From: Eledone cirrhosa
Lineage: Eukaryota
DNA length: 64,000 nucleotides
Direction: 5' to 3'
Assembly (NCBI GenBank): GCA_964016885.1
Contig: OZ024743.1
Span: forward strand, 94,550,001 to 94,614,000
Part shown: positions 1 to 14,116 of the stretch, piece after piece
How positions within the stretch are numbered: position 1 is the stretch's first letter
Layout of the letters: every line of letters starts with the position of its first letter
Translations under genes and position numbers: made by a program
The notes under the pieces: generated by a model
Seen by the model: only the letters and a program-made list of their open reading frames with translations
The model's database searches: none
Told to the model about the DNA's origin: nothing

Positions 1-1957
1 CGGTATATATAGAGAGAGAAATAGAAATATTTGGAAATACCAGAATTTAATTAACTCTATGCCTATTGTTGGTATATACAGTAACAAATGGGAAGTGATG
101 AATTAATTGCATGTTTCATGCTCTCCCACACACACTTCCCATCCCACAATTGTTGCAATCTAACGTCCTTGTACAGTTGTTGATATCACTCGATACAACA
201 CGTGCTTATAGTAATCTTACATCAGTCAATGCTGTCCATCCCTGAACTCTCAGTTTATGACGAAATGCATTGCATTGAATATTTTTGAAACCCGTTGTTC
301 AGGTTGTGGACGTTCTTTCCCACATCATTCCGCACCAAGCAGACATATGGTCAAAGGCGTTCCATTCGTGACCATCCCATCGTTCTTTGTTGTATATATA
401 TTTTAGGATTACATTGGACAATGTGTTCTCCCGTTTTATAACGGAGGGAATTTGACTATGAAGGTTGTACTCCGTGGTTTGTAACTAACTTTTTAGTTGC
501 AGCCATGTCATGAGTCCTTAACTCCTGATGCAGTTGGAGGGAGCCCATCGCTCTCCAAATTTTAACAGAGAGAGAGAGTGAGAGAGAGTATTAGACCGGT
601 ACTTTATTTATCGATCTCAAAAGGATGAAAGACAATGATGACCTCGGTTGGATTTGAACTCAGGGCACAGGGAGCCGGCGCAAACACCGCAAAATATTCT
701 ATCTGACATTCTAACGACTCTGCCAATTTGCAGCTTAAATTGTTATATGCAATATGAGAATGACGAAAAGAAAAAAGAAAACACATGGAGGAGAAATGCA
801 AAAGCAGTGGACCCTACACCCTTGACTGCACTTCACAGACAAGATGGCGAAGGCATTACTGTAGAGAAGAGCCAACAATACTTGTTGCGTCAGCCATTTC
901 TACCTCATGATGTGAACTTTACATCCTTGATGGTCAGTGTATATCAGCTACTGCATCTTACGGACAAAATGGTGAAAGCATTGTCGTGGAGAACAGACAA
1001 CGATACTCAATACATTTATCCATTCCACCTCGTTGAGCTCCTTCCTCAAGCATAATGCCCTCCCTATTGGGAGGAGGAAAAATGACAATCTGTTGATCGA
1101 GGGCACCCAAGGTCTCAACACATTATACTCAACTGTAACCTATGTAGTATGAAAATTTTATCCTAAACTATAGGACTTCAAACATTATCTTGGGTATGAC
1201 TTGAATAATAATGGGCTCAAACAGTTGAATTACCCCAGATTTCCTGACCACTAATATCGAAAGAATTGAAAGCGCATGATCTGGTTGGAGTATTACATCT
1301 AAACCTTTGCTCATAAAATAGTGGGTTAAATTCCTGGACTGAAACACGCTTTGTTTTCTTGAATAAAATATGTTATTTTATGGTGCTCTTTTTACCAGGA
1401 GTTGTGCCTCACAGATAGTAATCAATAAAGGAAAAGACCAATGAAATAGTTGTTTCCTTGGTCCAATCTGATGACCAGATTCTATTCTTTTTTTCCCCTA
1501 AAGAAATTAAGGTGTTATATTTATCGATATTTCGGAGGAACCCATAAAAGGTGACCTCGGCACTATCAACTGATTTGAACAATGGTACTCTCACTTCATC
1601 TTATTAAGTAATCGAAGCTGGAATGGCTTAACTTGACGGTCTGGTGATAGGAGAGATGGGCAGATAGATTTAAATCCAACGAGAATCGAATTGGAATTTC
1701 ATCAAACTTGGATCCATATTATAAAGTACCATATTCGGGTCTCGAACGCAACAGACTAAACTTGCGCTCAACGTGTGCTCCGCTATGTCTGTGTTGAGAA
1801 ATACAATATATATATATACAATATATATACATATACAATTGTTTCTATATCGATCAGCTCAGGGTACATTTATAATCATGGGGCCTGACTCTTCTTTGAC
1901 ATCTCCTTAAATATGCACGTTTTATGCACTCACGCACACGCATATATATATGCTTGT

Positions 1958-2011
<54 letters not shown>

Positions 2012-2014
<3 letters not shown>

Positions 2015-3060
2015 CGTCACGGTTCCCAGTCATCTCTGTGAGCTTCAGCGATATGAGGTCAGCTCTCACCACCTTCGCCCATGTTTTTCGTGGTCTTCCT
2101 CTACTGCGACTTCCTTCCACCGGGATTTCTTGGTACTTCTCCACCCAGCCGTCATCCTCCATGCGCATCTGTCCCACACACTACAGTTTATCCCTCTTAT
2201 ACAGTTTCACTCTCAACCCGTCTATGCTTGATCGTTCACGCACATTGACATTGTACATCCATTGGAGCATGCTTGCTTCATTTCTCTCCAGCCGTCGCAT
2301 ATCCTCCGCATTTGCTGCCCATGTTTCACTACCATGCAGCATCGCTCATCTCACACAGACATCTTATGACCGACCTTTCGTTCGTAGGGAGAAACACTTC
2401 GTTGTCAACAGAGGAGGCAGCTCTCTAAACTCCTTCCATCCTGTCCTTATTCTAGATATTATGACCTCGGAGCTTCCTCCTCGCTTTCTAATATGATCAC
2501 CTAGGTATCGGAAGCTATCAACTACCTCTATAGATCCTACTTGCATTTGAAAAATATGCTTATCACTGACACTTCTACTATCAATTTTCCCTGAACATCC
2601 ACTACATATGAGGTTTTCCTTTCCTGTTAGTTTGCCTGCAATCCCACTACACCTATTGTGTATCCAAAATCTGCATTGTGTACATTCTATAGAGTTTATA
2701 TCCAACTCCTCTATATACAGTATATGTTCATTTCCCTGATGGAATCAGACTTTTGTCCTCTTTCCTACTTATCAACACTTTAGTCTTTGCTAGGTTCACT
2801 TTCAGTCCTCTTGATTCCAACTGCTGTTTCCTTAGCCATAATTTATTCTCTAGCTCCTCTGCTGTTTCTGCTATACCAGATCGTCAGAATAGAGAAGTTC
2901 CCATGGGCAGCCAGTATTAATCTCCTCTGTTATGGCTTGGAGAACTAAAATGAATAAAAGTGGGCTGAGGACTGAACACTGATGTACTCCTACTTGTGTC
3001 TGGAATTCCTCACTAAACTCCATTCTTACTCTCACTTTACTAACAGCTCGTCTCTACATA
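2012..3060 (-). mobile_element. 5'-truncated, frameshifted RTE-clade LINE fragment
   Basis: Minus strand reads RT motif WELLYSDDL (~2877-2903), a Cys/His segment CTQCRFWIHNRCSG, FRYLG and the RTE C-terminal GRPRKTW. It ends at a (CA)n tract. Confidence 0.85.
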
Positions 3061-3272
3061 GCTTAAGGAAACAAAGAATCAGTGTTGCATCATATACATA
3101 TTTATTTACATATTACATGTGTTACACTGTTGATCAGCTCGAGGAACGATCGATTAATGTTCGATCCTGACTCTGGAATCGTAAAGCTCCACAGATATGT
3201 TTTAACATGTAGACTGGCGTCAACACTGATTCTTTGTTCCCTTATATATTATTATTATTATTGATACTCTGC

Positions 3273-3462
3273 GGTGGATTGGCAGTATCGGTAGAGAGTC
3301 GGACGCCATGCTTTGCAGCAAAGAGTTACGGCCCTTTATGATCTGAGTTCAAATCCCGCCGAGGTTAACTTTGCCGTTCATCCTTACGGGGGTCGATAAA
3401 ATAAAGTACCAGTAATACACTGGAAATTGTTGGCCATGTGCCAAAAGTAGAAACAATTATTA
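3273..3462 (+). mobile_element. tRNA-derived SINE (family 1)
   Basis: A-box-like tggcagtatcgg, B-box gagttcaaatccc, conserved core gccgaggttaactttgcc..catcctt..ggtcgataaaataaagtaccag, and a tail running into (att)n. At least 10 full or partial copies occur in the window. Confidence 0.85.
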
Positions 3463-3644
3463 TAGATACTCTGCTCTACACCTATACCTATATATATATA
3501 TATATATACGTTATTCCGGGTTGAATCGGAGGTAACCACAGTAAGTAAGGTACTCAATACATAGCAGAGTATAACAGTTTTAATATAGATGAGATTCTAC
3601 AGGACTAGAACTGTTTCATTCATTAGAAATCATCAGGAATCTCT

Positions 3645-3697
3645 GAGATTCCTGATGATTTCTAATGAATGAAACAGTTCTAGTCCTGTAGAATCTC
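3645..3697 (+). ncRNA. Type I hammerhead ribozyme (mirror copy on minus strand at 3591..3643)
   Basis: GAGAUUC-CUGAUGA-U[UUC uaau GAA]U-GAAAC AG uucuaguc CU GUA-GAAUCUC. Stem I is 7 bp, stem III is ACAG/CUGU, and the cleavage triplet is GUA. Confidence 0.85.
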
Positions 3698-3698
3698 A

Positions 3699-3736
<38 letters not shown>

Positions 3737-3739
<3 letters not shown>

Positions 3740-5118
3740 TTCTTATATATATCTTTCTTATATCAAAGTTTATATCTTTCTTACATATATCTTTCTTATA
3801 TCAAAGTTTAATGGGCTTCCACTGATGATTTATAAGCGCCCACCTAAATATATTCTTACCTGAATATATATTAGGCTTCTACATAAACTGGAAATATTCT
3901 CCCAACTTGTAGAAAACTTATAATGAAACAATTGTTTGGAAAGAGAGATATACTTTAACTTTAATTATATCTCATAAAATAATACAACTGGTTTTTCCAC
4001 ATTATACATATTGTTAGCACCCCAAACACTTAAATTGGGTTTATATTTAAATATAACCTAATGTTTGTTGAGTGAGATGGTTACCAGTCAGAGTTTAGCT
4101 TTAAACTATCTCTGTTATTGTATTAAATATTTACTCTTGATTGGTCAGAGGTGTTTATTTCCAGGTACCTTATGAATTTGACTTTCCGTATTTATTACTG
4201 TTGCGAAATGTTGTGTTTTTTTTTGGTTGTAACTTCTCTGTTTTTTAGCCTAAGAAAATATATATATGCCTATGTATATAATTACATGCATACATTCATT
4301 TTCTTTAATTAATTGAGTTCTTTACACGAGGAATTAATATTAGTTTTGAAATAACTAATTAACTCGCGTGTGTTTTATATTTTACTCTTAATTCGGCCGG
4401 AGAGTTACATTCCCATTTGCCCTTTAAAGCATAACTTTCTGTATTTACTGCGGTTATGAGATGCGGTTTTTATTCGGGTACAACTTCTGATTTTAGCCTA
4501 AGAAAATATCTATATGGGTGTGTAATTTATACACGCATATATTTATCTTTTTATTTTCAATTGAGTTTTTAACACGTTGGATTGATAATGTTTTCGAAAA
4601 AACTAATTAACCCGCGTGTATATTATTTTTTTCCTCCTTTCGTGGATCGTAGTTGTCTCCCCTTCCCGCTTCGTGTCGCTATGATACTTCCTCAGTCAAA
4701 AACTGCTGGAATTTCAAATTTGGCGGTCATTCGAGGCGAGAAGGAGCAACTTAAGAGACACGATTTTTGACTGCGGTAAGAATTTCTTTCTTATATCAAA
4801 GTTTAATGGGCTTCCACTGATGATTTATAAACGCCCACCTAAATATATTCTTACATGAATATATATTAGGCTTCTACATAAACTGGAAATATTCTCCCAA
4901 CTTGTAGAAAACTTATAATGAAACAATTGTTTGGAAAGAGAGATATACTTTAACTTTAATTATATCTCATAAAATAATACAACTGGTTTTTCCACATTAT
5001 ACATATTGTTAACACCCCAAACACTTAAATTGGGTTTATATTTAAATATAACCTAATGTTTGTTGAGTGAGATGGTTACCAGTCAGAGTTTAGCTTTAAA
5101 CTATCTCTGTTATTGTAT

Positions 5119-5125
<7 letters not shown>
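3737..5125 (+). mobile_element. Non-coding retrozyme-like element with two ~340-bp direct terminal repeats, each carrying a hammerhead
   Basis: Direct repeats 3790..4130 and 4785..5125 (offset 995). It has no protein-like ORF and is flanked by (TA)n on both sides. The duplicate copy is at ~57471..58860. Confidence 0.75.
3817..3941 (+). ncRNA. Hammerhead ribozyme with branched, extended stem II (copies 4812..4936, 57551..57675, 58547..58671)
   Basis: UUCCA-CUGAUGA-U[UUAUAAG..80 nt with two hairpins..CUUAUAA]U-GAAAC AAUU GUU-UGGAA. Stem I is 5 bp and stem III is the palindrome ACAAUUGU. Confidence 0.75.
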
Positions 5126-5184
<59 letters not shown>

Positions 5185-6069
5185 AATAATGATGGCTGCG
5201 CGTTGCAAATGGTGGTGCATATGAAAAAGTCAGTCCTTCATCAGTGACCCTCCAACCGTCCCAGGCATTTCATCGCTTTAAGGGCCATATGCCTCAGATT
5301 GGTGCGAACAACGGCTAAAAAAAGTCGTTGGGACACGTAAATAAAGGGGACGTTAGGGTATCAAACAAAAAGGTTTAAGCAACGGAAAGTGAGAAGAAAT
5401 AGACAAGTCCCAGATCTCTATGAATATAAACTCGGTGAAATCGTGAACAAGAGACAAAAGACCATCAAACCTGGTTGAAATGTGAGCAAGGAAAGAATTT
5501 CGCACAGGTCTAATGGGGGGGGGGGGGGAGAAAAAGAAGAAGAAGAAGAAGAAGAAGAAGAAGAAGAAGAAGAAGAAGAAGAAGAATGGGTCTGGTCTAC
5601 GAATTCGGTAAACATAAGTTTTGTGAAGTCGCAGACGAAAGAGAGAGAGAGAAAAAAATTCCATACCAGCTTGACCAAGACATATATATATATATATATA
5701 TATATGCAATGACTGATAATATACAATTACAATAAATTTAGTCTATTAGATTATTATTCTTATATCGTTCAACATAAATGCATTATCTGCATATGGCATC
5801 TGATTTGCTTGAATATAACCATAATGCCTTAGTACAAGAAAAGACTATATATTTCTATATTACCATTCTTTTTATTTTTTTCAATTGAATTTCTATCACG
5901 TAGTATTATCATTTACTTAAATATGATGGGGTGGTTTTCAAGCCAGTGAACAGTCACTGGTGGACTAATGTTTCATTTTTGCTTTGTTTCAACAAAACAC
6001 TCATTAAATTTACTATGTTGCGGCTGCTTGCAATATTGAGTCGTTCACTGTGTGGTATCTCTATCCAAT

Positions 6070-6400
6070 GAGGGCGCATGGCTTAGTTGTTAGGGTGATC
6101 GGCTCACGATCGTAAGGTGATGGGTTCGATTATCCGCGGCACATTGTGTTCTTCAGTAAAACATAAATTCGAGTTGCTCCAGTCCACTCAGCTGGATAAG
6201 AACAAAAGAGATCTAATTATATTTCAAACTATCAGCCTTGTCCTCCACATTGTGTCATACTGAATCTCCCTGAGATCTACGCTAAGGATACTCGTGTCTG
6301 TAGAATACTCAGTTACTTGCACGTTGATCTCACGAGCAGACTGTTCCGCTGTTTGAACAAATGGAACACCTGTCTACGAAACCGACGGAGGTCCAACAGA
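6070..6400 (+). mobile_element. tRNA-derived SINE (family 2); duplicate at ~59831..60160
   Basis: A-box-like tggcttagttgtt and B-box-like gggttcgatt, followed by a body with tgctccagtccactcagctgg. Confidence 0.65.
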
Positions 6401-6413
6401 AGAGAGAAAAGCA

Positions 6414-6859
6414 TGTGTGTGTGTGTGTGTGGTAGTGGCGTTTTGTGTGAGTGTGTGATTGTGTGGGTGTGTGTGTAGTGGCGTTCTCTGTGTGTGAGTG
6501 TAGTGGCGTTCTGTGTGTGTGTGTGTAGTGGCGTTCGGTGTGTGTGTGAGTAGCGTTCTGTGTGTGTGTGTGGTAGCAGCATTCTGTGTGTGTGTGGGTG
6601 TAGTAGCATTCTGCGTGTGTGTATGGTAGTGACGTTCTGTGTGTGTGTAGTGGCATTCTGCATGTGCGTGTGTAGTTGTGGCGTTCTGTGTGTTTGTATG
6701 TATGTGTGTGTGAGTGTGTGTGTGTATGGCGTTCTGTGTATGGGTCATTTATTATTGTTGGTGTATGTATGTGTGTGTGTGTGGTTGTGGCGTTCTGTGT
6801 GTATGTATATGTGTGTATGTGTGTGTGTGTGTGTGTGTGATTGTGGCGTTCTGTGTGTA

Positions 6860-6895
<36 letters not shown>
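6414..6895. repeat. Compound (GT)n minisatellite with gtagtggcgttct spacers
   Basis: Directly visible. It explains the TH/CV-rich spurious ORFs. The duplicate is at ~60175..60635. Confidence 0.9.
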
Positions 6896-6897
<2 letters not shown>

Positions 6898-7157
6898 GGC
6901 GGCGGGGTGGGAGACGCATGTATAGGTAGGCGTGCCTGTTGAAAGAAATGTAAAGGTTGTGATGTAGGTGTGAGAATGACCGTATGTGAAGGTGTGTCGG
7001 TAGAAGGTGGGTGAGGTGGAAGGAGAATGCCGAGGATAAATTATAGCGTATGCAGGTGTATCAGGGAGTGTGAGTAAAGGGAGAATTAAATTGTTTTCGT
7101 GTGTACGTGTGATATAAATAATTGTTTCTACTGATATAGGTCAGTGTGGTTTTTATA

Positions 7158-7200
<43 letters not shown>

Positions 7201-7204
<4 letters not shown>

Positions 7205-7620
7205 TGTATGTATAGTATATTTGGCTATATACCGTATGTTTAATTAAAAACACTTTGAAGACCTTGCGCTATCATTTTTAAAGTAGTGACTATGTCTTCT
7301 TTTTTTTCCGGCAAAAGAAGGGAGAGAAGCTGACAGAGTCTGTTTCACATTGTTGGTGATCATCAGAGCAACGTTGGTGATCATCAGAGCCTTTTCCGAA
7401 AACTATAGCAGCTGGATTCTTATAGAATCCCAGTAAAAATCAGGAGCTGATTATACAGAGCGATTGCCGGTCCAGCAAAAATGAGGTATTAGGATTGGTG
7501 CTCTGAAATAGCGATGTATACATGAATGTATGTATAGTATATTTGGCAATATACCGTATGTTTAATTAAAAACATTTTGAGGAACCCTTGCGCAATCATT
7601 TTTAAAGTAGTGATTATGTC
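7201..7620 (-). mobile_element. ~1.3 copies of a 322-bp non-coding unit with a hammerhead (non-LTR retrozyme or pLTR-like)
   Basis: 7201..7297 is repeated at 7523..7620. The element lies between (TA)n and (CT)n tracts. The duplicate is at ~60951..61370. Confidence 0.65.
7329..7369 (-). ncRNA. Hammerhead ribozyme (duplicate 61079..61119)
   Basis: Minus strand: GCU-CUGAUGA-U[CA ccaacaa UG]U-GAAAC AGA c UCU GUC-AGC. Stems I and II are short. Confidence 0.6.
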
Positions 7621-7627
7621 ACTTATT

Positions 7628-9473
<1,846 letters not shown>

Positions 9474-9547
9474 TATATATAAGTAAAATTAGAATTTTAT
9501 TTCTCACCCTAGCACAGCTGGTACATAAATGTAAGTATGCACATGTG

Positions 9548-9581
<34 letters not shown>

Positions 9582-9589
9582 CATACAAA

Positions 9590-9839
9590 TACATATGTAC
9601 ATATACGTATGGGTTATATCTAACATCTATAATAATATTCGATTCGTTTGTAAACAAACGGCCTGATTTGAAGCTGTGCCATGCTGGTGACCGATCGTCC
9701 CCCATTTGTTCATCAAAGCCAGTGATGGACAACGGGGGGCGATCGGTCACCAGCATGGCACAGCTTTAGATCGGGCCATTTGTTCACAAACGAATCGAAT
9801 ATTATTATTGATGTTCGATATAACCCATACGTACATATG

Positions 9840-9848
<9 letters not shown>
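9590..9848. repeat. ~260-bp imperfect foldback (MITE-like); duplicate at ~61655..62030
   Basis: Arms such as aataatattcgattcgtttgt..gctgtgccatgctggtgaccgatcg pair with cgatcggtcaccagcatggcacagc..acaaacgaatcgaatattatt. Confidence 0.8.
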
Positions 9849-9929
<81 letters not shown>

Positions 9930-9930
9930 T

Positions 9931-9965
<35 letters not shown>

Positions 9966-11275
9966 ATATAATATAAAACGAAAAACCAGTCATGCATCTG
10001 GACTCAATTTATTGTGTGTTACAATTGTATCACCGGCAGACAGCTCGAGACACGATCATTGTATGGATCTGTCTGATTCTAGATCTGCAGGTTCGTCGGA
10101 CACAGGGAATAATTTCGGATCAAATTTTCTCACTGGGGTGTTAGCTTCAAAAAACATCTTCCTCGCTTGTCCTGCTGTTGGCTGTTGTTTTTCTACGTCG
10201 TCATAAATTCTGGCCAATATTTGCTGCCATACTGTCCATCAGCTACTCTCCGTCCGACACACTTCTATGAACTCATGCTGGGTTTGGTATTTCACAAGTC
10301 CGCTCACACACACATATACACACACATGGTGGCTGCCAACTCGTTTTCGATTATGGCCACTACTTTATATCCATGTAGGAGAACTCCTAGCTATGCGCTT
10401 AACGAGTGTGACATTTTAGTCTAGCCAGCGACTTGAAAACTCTGGTACAAACACTACACTTGTGACAATTACTGACACATAGTGCTGGGCCCATGGTACC
10501 ATGTGACGACAAGTGCAGAGAGATCTCCAGATATAAAGCAATGCCTGTGCCGTGAAGCTTTTATAGTGAGCAAAGGCACTGCACAAAGCCAGTCCCACTC
10601 TCTTAACCAAGATGATATTTACCAAAAAGAAGAACAAGTCAACATCATTGGATACCATCAGGGTTGCAGGTGTTATATCAGAGTTTTCCTTCTCCTAGAA
10701 TTCTGCCTTGAAAAAGGCTAAGGAGTCATCTCTCCCGGTGATTTTGGATGGCCATTGACTCTTAAGAGCTCCTTTGCCCTTTGACAGGTTTTGTTTTTAG
10801 TCCTGCAGGATGTCCAAAGTCACCCTCCTCACCAAGAAACCTTGGTAGGGTTGCCAGTTTAGTCGCCAACAACCCGACCATGAGACAGGTTGTACTGGGA
10901 TACATGTTACCAGTAGCACCAACTGGTGACCTGACATATACACACACATACACACATAGATATATACATACGCATACACACACGCGCGCACACATACATA
11001 TATACACACATACATATATATACACACATACGTATATATACACACCTATATACACATACACACATACTCACACGCACCCACACACGCCCACGACCATATA
11101 ACTAACAACATACTCGTCCAGAGGCGCCTGCCTACATGCCCTCGTACATCCGCTCTCACACGCACGCACACACACACACACACACATCCAAACACACACA
11201 TGCATGCATACATACACACATATAAATAAATAAATAAGTAAATACCGCCTATGGAAGCATGATAGCTACCATTAA

Positions 11276-11312
<37 letters not shown>

Positions 11313-11487
11313 AATTCTATTTAATTGCTAAACCTGTAGATATTGTTCTCTATACAGTAACGGTAAACTCACATGTAATAATTCTTTACACACATCTCAC
11401 TGTGTAACACACTTCTCTTTGTGTAATATTTGCATTTGAGCTCAGAAGGAAATTCTCTTCTTTTTTGAGCTACTACTATTATTTGCT

Positions 11488-11850
11488 GGTCGGACGCCAT
11501 GCTTTCCAGCATAGTTACGTCCCTTTACGATCTGAGTTCAAATCCCGCCGAGGTTGACTTTGCCTTTCATCCTTTCGGGGTCGATAAAATAAAGTACCAG
11601 TAATGCACTGGATAATTGCTGGCCTTGTGCCTAAAGTAGAAACAATTATTATTATTATGGTGGATTGGCAGTATCAGTAGAGGGTCGGACGCCATGCTTT
11701 CCAGCATAGTTACGTCCCTTTACGATTTGAGTTCAAATCCCGCCGAGGTTGACTTTGCCTTTCATCCTTACGGGGTCGATAAAATAAAGTACCAGTAATG
11801 CACTGGGTAATTGCTGGCCTTGTGCCTAAAGTAGAAGCAATTATTATTAT
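11488..11850 (+). mobile_element. Two tandem family-1 SINEs (11488..11657 5'-truncated; 11659..11850 full)
   Basis: Same B-box and core as 3273..3462, inserted in an (att)n tract. Confidence 0.85.
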
Positions 11851-12083
11851 TATTACAGTGAACTGCGGAATACTCTTAATTCCGATCTTTGTATACTTAA
11901 CGAGCTCCAAATTGTTGAGCTAATAAATTCGAATGGTTGGGCAGCCCTTTCTAGCATTTCCCCAATCCATGAGAGCCGTTATTTGATGCAAATAACACGT
12001 CATTTCGCCCTACTCTGGGCAGCGTGTGTATTAGCTTTCTCTCTATCCATGAGGTTAGATGTGTCGCGAACAGTGTTACATTT

Positions 12084-12155
12084 GCTGACTGAGGATCCTG
12101 TAACCTGATATACTACACATAATTAGAGGTGAAACGAAGCGAGATTCGTATCAGT
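12084..12155 (+). ncRNA. Type I hammerhead ribozyme with complete three-stem fold
   Basis: GCUGA-CUGAGGA-U[CCUgUAA..UUAgAGG]U-GAAAC GAA gcgaga UUC GUA-UCAGU. Confidence 0.85.
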
Positions 12156-12438
12156 AAACCTATAGTTATAAGGTTGGTAATTTAAAACTCTAATTCAGAG
12201 ATCTGATTCTGACTTAGTTTTTTTCTATTTAATTGCTAAACCTGTAGATATTGTTCTCTATACAGTAACGGTAAACTCACTTGTAATAATTCTTTACACA
12301 CGTCTCACCGTGTAACACACTTCTCTTTGTGTAATATTTGCATTTGAGCTCAGAAGGAAATTCTCTTCTTCTTTGAGCTACTACTATTATTATTATTATT
12401 ATTACAGTGAACTGCGGAATACTCTTAATTCCGATCTT

Positions 12439-12518
<80 letters not shown>

Positions 12519-12942
12519 CATTATAAAGAAGGAAGAAACATTAGATATAATTAATAAGATATACCATACCTAAATTTCTTCATTATCCTCGACTACGTGG
12601 TTTCGTGGCTTATTATGCAAAAACACTACATCACAGAGATGCAGTATTTTTGTGAGGTTTGCCGACTTATCAAGAGGATACCTCATTTAGAGTTTCAAAA
12701 CACGTCCGTAGGACGCGAGATAGAATCCCGAAAGGCGGAGGGGGAGTCCATCATGTGATACAGTGGTCAAGAAACAGATCTAAGCCTCTTACAACCAAGA
12801 GAAAAATACCACAAAAGGCGGAGGGGGTATTTATGTCAAGGCCGTAGAAGAGATGGCTAGGAGGAGAAGTTTGAGTAATGTAAGCTATACAGCAGTCAGT
12901 ATACTTCAGTGGTTACTCTACCGTAGGGAGTTATATACAATA

Positions 12943-13950
12943 CTAGCAGTAAAGCCCGGCGTTGCTCGGGGTCGCTCAGTAGCTGTGTTAAAGTTACAAT
13001 GTTAAGTTTCTTTTTTGGCTTAAAAACTGTAGTGTCTACTGTGCAGACTTGCATGTGGTGTTTTTGATTAATATTCCCTCAACCAACAATATGCCTTATG
13101 AAGTTAAGAAAACATAACGATAACCCGAATGTTATAACAAAAGAGGATGCTGGGGATAGAAACTGCACTGGTTATTTATTAACAAAGATCGAAAATGTAA
13201 ACACTGCAACGCAGAGAAAAACATTAGAGTAACCAAATTATCAGTTATGTCTGTCTGCACGCCTATATCACCTCTCTGCACGACTGTCTGTCTGCACGCG
13301 TATATCACCTCTCTGCACGACTGTCTGTCTGCACGACTGTCTGTCTGCACGCCTAACGAAATTTACAGATACATATATTTTAAATAAACTTATATAATTT
13401 TTGCTTTTTTTTACGAAATATTTGCTTGTTTTACGTAGTCTTTAAATAGACTTGTTTTCAAGTAAAAATATTGTTTTAAAATGCTTTTAAATGGAAATGA
13501 AGCTTGTTTTACGTAGTCTTTAAATAGACTTGTTTTCAAGTAAAAATATTGTTTTAAAATGCTTTTAAATAGAAATGAAGCAAAACGGAAGCTTAGTGTT
13601 CGAACTGATGAATTTTGCAGGTCAATATTTTGCTGGCTCGACGACAACTGTTCGTGTATTGTGTTAATGTCATTTTAAACGCTGAGAAAGCCAGCGTAAT
13701 TTTTTACGTAAGACGCTCAATGTAAACAGAACAAAGGGAAATAACTGATAACTTACGCTCAAAAATCGATACATTATATTCGATTTCGTCACATAGGGCG
13801 GGTCAATTTGAAATATTTTTTTCCGATGTCTTCGCTAGGGCTCAATGTACAAGTATAGCAATTTCGGTGCAATTCCGTGAGAGATTCTAAGAGGAGATGT
13901 GTGCCAAAAATCGATAGACAGACAGACAACCACAGTTTTATATATATAGA
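12943..13950 (-). mobile_element. Non-autonomous Helitron copy 1
   Basis: Minus strand begins TCTATATATATAAAA..gtctgtctgtc and ends with the hairpin cccgagcaacgccggg followed by CTAG. It is inserted between A and T. Confidence 0.85.
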
Positions 13951-14116
13951 TAAAGAATTCCGCAGACACATGCGAATACATACATATACATGAATATACT
14001 CACATATATCCCTGAATTTGTGTGGTGCCAACCTTAACCGTTGTTGCTCTATGAATAATAGGGACAAAATAATCCGAATGGATTAGATTGATTCAATATC
14101 AGAGCTATATAATACA

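Larger units (their letters stand above)
11316..12445 (+). mobile_element. Non-coding element with terminal direct repeats and an internal hammerhead, interrupted by two SINEs
   Basis: 11316..11482 plus ~11846..11895 is repeated uninterrupted at ~12224..12445. It is flanked by (TA)n. Confidence 0.65.

Noticed and set aside
3273-3365. tRNA genes at A/B-box motifs
   Set aside because: No complete cloverleaf is visible, and each motif continues into a shared SINE body.
5225-5250. CUGAUGA on the minus strand as another hammerhead
   Set aside because: No GAAA or stem III follows before the (TA)n tract. At most it is a truncated relic.
10010-10935. Possible degenerate LINE 5' region
   Set aside because: The composition is repeat-like but no diagnostic motif was found, so it is left unassigned.
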